A stretch of DNA of 37,553 nt from Candidatus Roizmanbacteria bacterium. GTDB lineage: Bacteria; Patescibacteriota; Microgenomatia; UBA1406; GWC2-37-13. Positions 9,140-16,876 of this stretch are shown in pieces. Below the pieces are notes generated by a model that was not told where the DNA came from, made no database searches, and worked only from the letters and a program-made list of their open reading frames with translations. The stretch lies in contig JAPLYQ010000031.1 in the NCBI GenBank assembly GCA_026395475.1, forward strand, positions 1-37,553, given 5' to 3'. The position numbers and the translations under genes are program-made. Numbering within the stretch: the first letter of the stretch is position 1; every line of letters begins with the position of its first letter.

Positions 9140-9952
9140 ATGAAAAAACTTGCATTAATAACGGTGGTATTCAAGAATTATACCATTCTGGACGATTATT
9201 TTGCCACGTTGGCCAAGCAAACAGACTCTGAATTTCATGTATATGTGCTTGATCTTAGTCCAGACCCAGAAAGCTATAATTATCCATCCTATGTAACCTA
9301 TATCCATGATAAAAATGGAGGATATGCCTTTGGTATTAATCAAGGGGTAAAGAAGGCAATTACTGACGGATATGAGCTATTTTGCCCCATGAACTGTGAT
9401 GTCACAGTTAAAGAAAACTTTGTTGAAAGCATAAAAAAAAGTATTACCAATAATCCCACTTCGATAATCGGCGCAAAGATCTATTACTATCCCGGATATG
9501 AATATCATAAAGACAGATATACAAAGAACGATCTTGGAAAGGTGTTGTGGTATGCAGGTGGGATTACCGATTGGAAAAATGTATATACAACACACCGTGG
9601 CGTTGATGAAGTTGATAAAGGACAATACGATGCTCAAGAGAAGACAACATTTATTACCGGGTGTTTAATGGCGTATGATAAATCAGTTGTAGAAAAGATT
9701 GGATATTGGGATGAGAGTTATTTCTTATTTTATGAAGATGCTGATTATTGTACTCGAGCAATGAACAATAGAGTGCCCCTTTTGTATGACCCATCAATTT
9801 GCATGTGGCATAAAAGTGGACAATCAACAAGTGGAGCTGCATCTACATTTCAGCAAAAGTATTTAGAACGTAACAGATTAAAATTTGGTCTTCGATTTGC
9901 ACCACTACGAACCAAGTTTCACTTAATCAAAAACTTTTTTTTACGTAAATAA
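9140..9952 (+). CDS. Family 2 glycosyltransferase (WbbL/rhamnosyltransferase-like subgroup)
   Basis: Motifs present: ALITVVFKN, NGGYAFGINQG, MNCDV and ITGCLMAYDKSVVEKIGYWDESYFLFYEDADYCTRA. In-frame ATGs occur at 9092, 9131 and 9140. I prefer 9140 because it abuts the divergent gene's start codon (9137-9139). Confidence 0.75.
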   Translation: MKKLALITVVFKNYTILDDYFATLAKQTDSEFHVYVLDLSPDPESYNYPSYVTYIHDKNGGYAFGINQGVKKAITDGYELFCPMNCDVTVKENFVESIKKSITNNPTSIIGAKIYYYPGYEYHKDRYTKNDLGKVLWYAGGITDWKNVYTTHRGVDEVDKGQYDAQEKTTFITGCLMAYDKSVVEKIGYWDESYFLFYEDADYCTRAMNNRVPLLYDPSICMWHKSGQSTSGAASTFQQKYLERNRLKFGLRFAPLRTKFHLIKNFFLRK

Positions 9953-11007
9953 GAAATAAGAAGAAATATTCCTTGAACAAAAAGTGAAACATATACTATC
10001 TCCCTTTTAAGAGCAACAGTTTTTGCTGTCCAATCTCCAAAACGGATGAAGGGATAGTATGAAAGAAGAAGTCCAAAGAATAGAATCGATAACTCTTCAA
10101 GAAATTTTGGGAAAAAAGGGACAAAAACAAAGATAGAAAGAAAATACCATGGTTGAATCTCCATTTTATAACAAAGGTATATGATAAGAGCCGCTTGAAA
10201 ACAGAATAATAACTTCATATATCTTGTTATTTCCAATTTTGAGTGCAAGATGACTATTGGCATCGTTATGTACTTTATTCCTGCTGAACAAAGAAGAATA
10301 ATTCGCGACCATACGCTATATTTTTTCCCTAATAGATATATACCTATGAGCCCTAGGGAAAGCGCGATCATATCATTGTGTCCATTTATCAATCCTTCCA
10401 TAATAATTAATGGATGTGTTGCAAAAAGCAGTGCTTCCTTTCTATTTTTTTTATTTAGTAAATACACTGCTAAAAAGTAGAGTGCCCCATTCATGAGTTT
10501 ATAGAAAAAAAATGTCAAGGAAAACTTTCCTAATCCCAAATATGATGGAATAAGTGTAAGCGGGAGAAATGTGGGACCATATGGATAAGTGCGATGTGTC
10601 CAATGCATGAATCGAGTCCATAAGTCTTTTTGAAAGTCTAGTGCAGTATGTGTGTATGGGTTGAGACCGTAATGGGTAAGAATACGAGCGTCAAACAGAT
10701 AGTTAAAAAGATCATGAGATACAAATGGATAAGAAATACAACCTATTATGGCGATAATTCCTGCAATACGAATGGCTGAATACTGTTTAAACTTTTTAAG
10801 AAAAACAAAATGGAAGATAAAAAGGAGAATAAGAAGACTCAGATAAGCGATCCATGATATATCTCTCCGATAATATCCAAGATATACTGCCCAATCCCGA
10901 AACTGTACCCAATAGTTGTTTTGAAAGAAAGTGATGTTTGGATCGATCAGCCAATAGGAGTAGACACCAAACATGACCAATAATATCCCATACAAAGCAA
11001 CTATCAT
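9919..11007 (-). CDS. GT87/DUF2029-like polytopic membrane glycosyltransferase (GT-C)
   Basis: 362 aa with about 9-10 TM segments. The early loop is SHDLFNYLFDARILTHYGLNPYTH. It overlaps the 3' end of the GT2 gene by 34 nt (convergent). Confidence 0.5.
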   Translation of the reverse strand: MIVALYGILLVMFGVYSYWLIDPNITFFQNNYWVQFRDWAVYLGYYRRDISWIAYLSLLILLFIFHFVFLKKFKQYSAIRIAGIIAIIGCISYPFVSHDLFNYLFDARILTHYGLNPYTHTALDFQKDLWTRFMHWTHRTYPYGPTFLPLTLIPSYLGLGKFSLTFFFYKLMNGALYFLAVYLLNKKNRKEALLFATHPLIIMEGLINGHNDMIALSLGLIGIYLLGKKYSVWSRIILLCSAGIKYITMPIVILHSKLEITRYMKLLFCFQAALIIYLCYKMEIQPWYFLSIFVFVPFFPKFLEELSILFFGLLLSYYPFIRFGDWTAKTVALKREIVYVSLFVQGIFLLISYLRKKKFLIK

Positions 11008-11038
11008 ATAGGTAATTGTATATTATAGCCTCTCGTTA

Positions 11039-11047
11039 TGCTAGAAT
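11039..11047 (+). promoter_or_regulatory. Candidate extended -10 element TGcTAGAAT directly upstream of the ATGs at 11048 and 11054
   Basis: TG at 11039-11040 and TAGAAT at 11042-11047. The predicted +1 (about 7 nt downstream) falls on the second in-frame ATG (11054), suggesting a leaderless mRNA. Confidence 0.3.
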
Positions 11048-12544
11048 ATGAATATGAAAAAGGTATTATATGCAGTTCTCTTTTGCATCTTTTGTGCCTT
11101 ATTTATTTACTATCGTATACCCTCCCTTTTAGCACATTATGTTGCATACACATATGATCAAGGAAGAGATTTTATTGCGGGAGCAAATATAGTAAGACTT
11201 CATAAAATTCCCTTTATTGGACCTACCACAGGAATTAACGGATTATTTCATGGATCATGGTGGTATTACCTGCTTGCAATCCCATATATACTTTTTAAAG
11301 GAGCTCCAATTGGGTATTATTGGTTTAATTTTTCAATTCAGTTCAGTCTCCTTATTGTTCTCATGGTTTTCCTCAAAAAAGAATTTGGTTCTCTTACCTC
11401 TCTTTTATTCGGAATATTGATAGTAGTAGCTCCCTATTTCACTTTTATATCTTTATTTGCTGGGAATAATGTGATGGTCTTACCCGCTCTTTTAATATTT
11501 TTAATATGCAATTATTATCTCTTTACTAGTAAAAAGATATCTTTACCCCTTCTTTTCGTCACTGGGTTTTCGTTAGCGCTTGTGGGTGAATTTGAACTTT
11601 CATTTGGTATCTTTCTTGTGCCGCTTTATCTTATTGGGATCCTCATATTCCGTTCCCTTCGAAAAGCACTTATTAATAAAAATGGATTAATGTTCCTCTT
11701 TGGGTTAGTAGTAGGGTTTATGCCTCGTATCCTTTTTGAACTTAAAAATTCATTTACCCAAACAAAAGTACTTTTATCATTCCTATTTCATCCAAAACTT
11801 TATAGTGCGGCAAGCCCATATCTAAGCCGAGTAAGTGAGCGATGGATATTATTTAAAACATATTATTTTGAGATGTTTAGTGAACGTTATTTTGCATATA
11901 TATTCCTTATATCTATTTGCGTAATTGCAGGGTTAACACTCATTGCAGTGTTACAAAAAAGAACCAAAACGCAACCTATTTTTATCTTTTATATCTATTT
12001 ACTTGGGGGATTATTTTTCCTCGCAACATTATATAAAGATTTTTTCTGGAAAAATTATTATGAAGGTATTCATTATATTTTCCTTTTTGTATTCATCTCA
12101 CTCATTGGCCAACAAATACAAAAAAAGCATGTTTTGATAAAGCGCTCGATTCTCTTTAGTTTATTATTTGGATTCTGTGCTCTTGGAATGATTAGTGCGC
12201 GTGAAACATATATGCATAAACCTCCATTTGATGGACTTCAGGTACAAGAGGCAATTGTAAATTATGTTAATAAAAATCAAGATCAACATCAAGAATACTG
12301 TTTGAGAATCTATACACCATCGGTTATTCCGCACACCTATAATTACCTTTTCCTTGTCCGAAACGTGAAACCGTCTAGTGAATGGGTAAATGGCACTTGT
12401 TGGTTTATCGTAGAAGCCGATAGCTATAAACAAAGACGTGATGATTGGTTGACGATAAATGAACCTAAAGATAAACACACTGTTGTTGTGAAGACGATAA
12501 AAGATGTTGAGATCCGTTATTACAAAGTAAATCCCCAAGAATGA
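11048..12544 (+). CDS. GT-C-like polytopic membrane protein, 'YDQxRD' subfamily, copy 1
   Basis: 498 aa, multi-TM. After TM1: YTYDQGRDFIAGANIVRLHKIPFIGPTTGINGLFHGSWWYYLLAIPY, collinear with the next gene. It has a soluble C-terminal domain. The start may be the ATG at 11054. Confidence 0.55.
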   Translation: MNMKKVLYAVLFCIFCALFIYYRIPSLLAHYVAYTYDQGRDFIAGANIVRLHKIPFIGPTTGINGLFHGSWWYYLLAIPYILFKGAPIGYYWFNFSIQFSLLIVLMVFLKKEFGSLTSLLFGILIVVAPYFTFISLFAGNNVMVLPALLIFLICNYYLFTSKKISLPLLFVTGFSLALVGEFELSFGIFLVPLYLIGILIFRSLRKALINKNGLMFLFGLVVGFMPRILFELKNSFTQTKVLLSFLFHPKLYSAASPYLSRVSERWILFKTYYFEMFSERYFAYIFLISICVIAGLTLIAVLQKRTKTQPIFIFYIYLLGGLFFLATLYKDFFWKNYYEGIHYIFLFVFISLIGQQIQKKHVLIKRSILFSLLFGFCALGMISARETYMHKPPFDGLQVQEAIVNYVNKNQDQHQEYCLRIYTPSVIPHTYNYLFLVRNVKPSSEWVNGTCWFIVEADSYKQRRDDWLTINEPKDKHTVVVKTIKDVEIRYYKVNPQE

Positions 12545-14178
12545 AATTATTTAAAAATCCACTTTTCTTACTTTTCCTTATTGTCGTTGTTGCATTCATA
12601 GTGCGAACGATTAATTTAAAAGACAATATCCTTTTTGCTTATGACCAAGCTCGGGACGCTCAACGCGTCTACACTATGATCTATGGGGGTCATTTGAAAA
12701 TTGTGGGACCAGAAACTGACATTCCTGGCATTTTTAACGGACCACTTCTGTACTATGCGTTAGCACCAGTCTATTATTTTTCTCATTTTGATCCCAATGC
12801 GGCTGCACTCCTATTCGTTTTTATAAATGTGGGCACAATCCTTCTTGTATATTGGGCAGCAAAACTATTATTCAATAAAAATTCAATTGCACTCATTGCT
12901 TCACTTTTTTGGGCATTTTCATTTGAACAGGGCTTTTTTGCACGCTATATATCAAACGCTTCTCCTATGTCTACTGCGACAACCATATTCTTTATTGGCC
13001 TTGCATTGTTTTTCTTAAAAAAGAAACAATGGGGACTTCCTTTAAGTGCGATAGGGATCGCCCTCTCAATTCATTGTAATTTTTACTTTATATACCTATT
13101 TCTTTTTTATCCCCTCTTCTTTTTTATCTATAAACAAAAACCTACTGTAAAAACTGTTGTGACAACAATTCTCTTTCTTGGAGCACTACTCTCCCCTTGG
13201 ATCATTACTGAATTAAAATGGAAATTTGTAGGAACACGATCATTATTCTTATACTTTGTTCATCAAGGAACAACCGCTACATCTATTAATCCTCTTTCTT
13301 TTATTCTGTCAATTCTTACTCGTTATTATGATCGAGTTGCACAGGGAATATATTTTTCATTCATACCTAATAAAATTATTGGTTTTTCGAGTGTTGCTAT
13401 TTTATTACTATATCTTGCTTTTAAGAAGCGTTTGCCAGCAGCGCTATTTCTCATTTTCTGGACACTGAACACTCTTCCACTCTTTGCATTTAAATCAGGT
13501 GTACATAGCGTTGAAGTGATTAACGGAAGTATTTTTGTTCCTCTTACATTACTGATTGCATATGGAATTACTGAACTATCAAAAATTAAAATAAGCAGAG
13601 TTCCTGTAATTTCGATTCTTTGTGCAGTTTCCATTATTTTATATGGATTTTTTAATTTTATAGTACATAACTTTCGCACTTATGTCATTCAAACGTCTAT
13701 CCCTTCCCTGTTAGTAAATGAAAAAAAAGTTATTGACTATACGTATACAACTGCTCAAAAAAAGGATTTTGGCATTTGTTCAATATCGGAACCTTTGTTT
13801 ATGAATACCGTGTGGTCATTTCTATACTCAACTTATGGAAAGCAAAAATATGGCTATCTCCCTTATTGGACGGGACAAAAACAAACATTGAATGATAGTT
13901 TCATTCCGTATGCGCATCAAAAATATGCAACTAAATTTATTATCCAAGAACCTATGTTTGGAATCCCTCAATGGGCTCTTCGCTCAGTTTATTATATTGA
14001 AGATAGCCAGAACGTACTCATAAAAAAAAGTACATTTGGAGATTTCGGAGTTCAACAAAGATTTTTTACAAAAGAAAATGGAGGAAATATCGACGCATAT
14101 TCTGAAAGTTTAAAAAACTCAATAAAAGAAGATTTAGATAAGATTCCTCAACTCAGTTGCGATAATATACATGAATAA
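12541..14178 (+). CDS. GT-C-like polytopic membrane protein, 'YDQxRD' subfamily, copy 2 (tandem paralog)
   Basis: 545 aa. After TM1: FAYDQARDAQRVYTMIYGGHLKIVGPETDIPGIFNGPLLYYALAPVYY. It has an ATGA start/stop overlap with copy 1. Confidence 0.55.
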   Translation: MKLFKNPLFLLFLIVVVAFIVRTINLKDNILFAYDQARDAQRVYTMIYGGHLKIVGPETDIPGIFNGPLLYYALAPVYYFSHFDPNAAALLFVFINVGTILLVYWAAKLLFNKNSIALIASLFWAFSFEQGFFARYISNASPMSTATTIFFIGLALFFLKKKQWGLPLSAIGIALSIHCNFYFIYLFLFYPLFFFIYKQKPTVKTVVTTILFLGALLSPWIITELKWKFVGTRSLFLYFVHQGTTATSINPLSFILSILTRYYDRVAQGIYFSFIPNKIIGFSSVAILLLYLAFKKRLPAALFLIFWTLNTLPLFAFKSGVHSVEVINGSIFVPLTLLIAYGITELSKIKISRVPVISILCAVSIILYGFFNFIVHNFRTYVIQTSIPSLLVNEKKVIDYTYTTAQKKDFGICSISEPLFMNTVWSFLYSTYGKQKYGYLPYWTGQKQTLNDSFIPYAHQKYATKFIIQEPMFGIPQWALRSVYYIEDSQNVLIKKSTFGDFGVQQRFFTKENGGNIDAYSESLKNSIKEDLDKIPQLSCDNIHE

Positions 14179-14944
14179 TATTTCAGTTTTAATTCAAACC
14201 CACAACGAAGATCGACATATAAGAGAGTGTATTACTTCTGCAAAATTTCTTTCTCAAGAGGTTGTTGTTGTCGATATGGAAAGCACAGATAGAACTGAAG
14301 AAATCGCAAAAGAAAGTGGCGCCCTTGTTATTTCTTTCCCTTTTTCACATTATGTTGAACCCGGGCGCGCCTTTGGCATACAGCAGATTAAAACTGACTG
14401 GGTATTTATTCTTGATGCGGATGAACGTATAACTCCAGAACTTGCAGCAGAAATAAAAAGGATTGTACCTCACACAGAAAACACTTACTTTAAAGTACCA
14501 CGAAAAAACATGTTTGGAGGCGTGAAATGGTTAAGACGCGGCGGCTGGTGGCCGGACGAGCAGATGAGACTTATCAAGCTTTCTGCCTTTGAATCCTGGC
14601 CAACACAAATACACTCAACACCTCTTATAAAAGGTGAGGTGGGGCATTTAAATAACGCATTTTTACATTATTTTCATGGAAATGTGGAAACAATGGTTAA
14701 AAAAACTCTCCTCTTTGAAGATATTGAGTCAAACCTACTTTTTGAGGCTAATAAGCCTGTCACAACTCTCACTTTTTTCAGAAAATTTTATGGAGAACTT
14801 GGAAGAAGGCTATTTCAGAGGGTCGGCTTTTTAGACGGTACTGTTGGTATAATAGAGAGCATATACCAAGCGTATTCCAAAACGATTACTTATCTATTAT
14901 TATATGAGAAGAAAAACCGTCGGCCTATACACCCCCTATCTTGA
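14171..14944 (+). CDS. LgtF/WaaE-like family 2 glycosyltransferase (intact paralog of 3245-4128)
   Basis: Motifs present: ISVLIQTHNEDRHIRECI, VVVVDMESTDRT, FILDADER, WWPDEQMRLIK and HYFHG. Confidence 0.8.
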   Translation: MNNISVLIQTHNEDRHIRECITSAKFLSQEVVVVDMESTDRTEEIAKESGALVISFPFSHYVEPGRAFGIQQIKTDWVFILDADERITPELAAEIKRIVPHTENTYFKVPRKNMFGGVKWLRRGGWWPDEQMRLIKLSAFESWPTQIHSTPLIKGEVGHLNNAFLHYFHGNVETMVKKTLLFEDIESNLLFEANKPVTTLTFFRKFYGELGRRLFQRVGFLDGTVGIIESIYQAYSKTITYLLLYEKKNRRPIHPLS

Positions 14945-15971
14945 CATCATGGGCGGCGGAGAAAAACATATTCTCTCAATCCTAAAGGTATTTGATGATG
15001 CAGATTACAATACAATTCTTTTTTGGGATACCGATGTTTCTACAGAAATAAAAGAGAAATTAAAACTCACATTCAAGCACTTGCGTTTTGAAAAAGATTT
15101 AAAGAAAATGACTTTTTTTGAAAAGGCTAAAAAACTTGCCCCACTTGATTGGCTTTTGTATGTCACTGATGGAAGTTACTTTTTCTCTCCTGCAAAGAAA
15201 ACCGCTATTTTTTGTATGGTTCCTGACAAAAAACTTTATAATCTTTCTCCAATAAATTCTCTAAAAACGGCAAATGCAATTTTTATTGCAAACTCGCATT
15301 TCACTGCTGGTTGGCTTCATAAATGGGACATTTCCTCTCAAGTAGTGTATCCATATGTTAGTAGCGAATTATTTATATCAGAACCAAGACAAAGAAGCCC
15401 AATTGTTCTCACAGTAGGGAGATTCTTCAAACATCTTCATGCAAAGCGCCAACAAGATCTTATAAAAACATTTTTACGTTTTCACGAACATCATCCTGAA
15501 TATGTGCTCGTTCTTGCCGGAGGTGTGAAAGAAGAAGATTCTCAATACGTGAGAGAGTTAAAAGATGAATTTCCACAGTCCTTTATTCTTTTTAAAACGA
15601 ATATCTCATTTGATACGCTTAAAGATCTCTATAAAAATTCAATGATGTATTGGCATTTTACGGGTTTTGGTGTGGATGCAACGGCCCATCCAGAGCAGGT
15701 TGAGCACCTTGGCATGACGCCACTTGAAGCAATGGCATCTCGTACAGTTCCTTTTTGTTTTAACGCAGGTGGGCCACGAGAATTAATTGAGAATGGGAAG
15801 AATGGATTTCTTTTCAATACTGAAGAAGAACTGTTGCGACAAACATCATATTTTTTAAATACACCAACACTCCAACAAAAGATGGGAGAGACCGTCTATC
15901 GCTTTGCGGAAAAATCATTTCATTATGATGCGTTTACCTTACATGTTAAAAAAATATTTAAAATTAAATAA
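14904..15971 (+). CDS. GT4 (GT-B fold, 'glycosyl transferases group 1') glycosyltransferase
   Basis: N-terminal YTPYLDIMGGGEKHILS, then TVGRFFKHLHAKRQQDLI and EHLGMTPLEAMASRTVPFCFNAGGPRELIENGKNGFLF (EX7E-type motif). Confidence 0.8.
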   Translation: MRRKTVGLYTPYLDIMGGGEKHILSILKVFDDADYNTILFWDTDVSTEIKEKLKLTFKHLRFEKDLKKMTFFEKAKKLAPLDWLLYVTDGSYFFSPAKKTAIFCMVPDKKLYNLSPINSLKTANAIFIANSHFTAGWLHKWDISSQVVYPYVSSELFISEPRQRSPIVLTVGRFFKHLHAKRQQDLIKTFLRFHEHHPEYVLVLAGGVKEEDSQYVRELKDEFPQSFILFKTNISFDTLKDLYKNSMMYWHFTGFGVDATAHPEQVEHLGMTPLEAMASRTVPFCFNAGGPRELIENGKNGFLFNTEEELLRQTSYFLNTPTLQQKMGETVYRFAEKSFHYDAFTLHVKKIFKIK

Positions 15972-16876
15972 TGATTTCCGTCGTCATTCCACACTACAAG
16001 GGGAAAGAAAAACTGTATTCAAATTTAAAGCATAATCTTCCTTTTTTTAAAGATTGTGAGATTATTGTTGTTAACGACTATACGGAAGTATCTATTACAG
16101 GGGAAATGAAACAACTTTTTCCTGAAGTTGTGGTTATTGAAAATAAAAAGAATCTTGGATTTGCAGGAGCAGTAGTGGTGGGTATCAATCATTCAAAAAG
16201 TCCTTATGTGTTTCTCCTGAATAACGATGTCGTGCTAAAAGATGATTCATTTAAATCTGCGCTCACACATTTTCAAGGGACACCGAGTCTGTTTGCTGTC
16301 AGCTTTAAACAAATTGAAAAAGACGAAAAGCATGTTGGTAGAAATAAAATATATTGGTCTCATGGATTTTTCCGTCACAGCAAGGGAGATCCTGGAACAC
16401 ATGGTATTAATGGATGGGCAGAGGGAGGAAGTATGGTGTTTGACAAAAAGAAATATGAAGAACTCCATGGATTTGACACGCTTTATTCACCATTTTATTG
16501 GGAAGATATCGATCTCTCCTATCGTGCTTGGAAAGCAGGATATACGATTCATTTTGACTCGCACGTACTCGTGGAGCATCATCATGAATCGACAATCGCA
16601 ACATATTTCCAGAAATCTAAAATTGAGACAATTGCATATCGTAACCAATTTATTACGATTTGGAAAAATATATCTGATTTTCAATATATTGCAGAACATA
16701 TAATGTATCTCATAAAAAACCTTATTACCTATCCTCTGAAAGGTCAGTTAAATTTTGTGAACGGATTTTGGATGGCGCTCCTTCTTCTTCCTCAAATAAT
16801 AAAAAAGAAAAATCAACAAAAAAAATTGTGGAAAAAAAGTGACAAAGAAATATTTGAAAAATTTAACCTATTATGA
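15971..16876 (+). CDS. Family 2 glycosyltransferase
   Basis: Motifs present: ISVVIPHYKG, IIVVNDYT, NLGFAGAVVVGI, LLNNDVVL and FYWEDIDLSYRAWKAGY. Confidence 0.8.
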   Translation: MISVVIPHYKGKEKLYSNLKHNLPFFKDCEIIVVNDYTEVSITGEMKQLFPEVVVIENKKNLGFAGAVVVGINHSKSPYVFLLNNDVVLKDDSFKSALTHFQGTPSLFAVSFKQIEKDEKHVGRNKIYWSHGFFRHSKGDPGTHGINGWAEGGSMVFDKKKYEELHGFDTLYSPFYWEDIDLSYRAWKAGYTIHFDSHVLVEHHHESTIATYFQKSKIETIAYRNQFITIWKNISDFQYIAEHIMYLIKNLITYPLKGQLNFVNGFWMALLLLPQIIKKKNQQKKLWKKSDKEIFEKFNLL

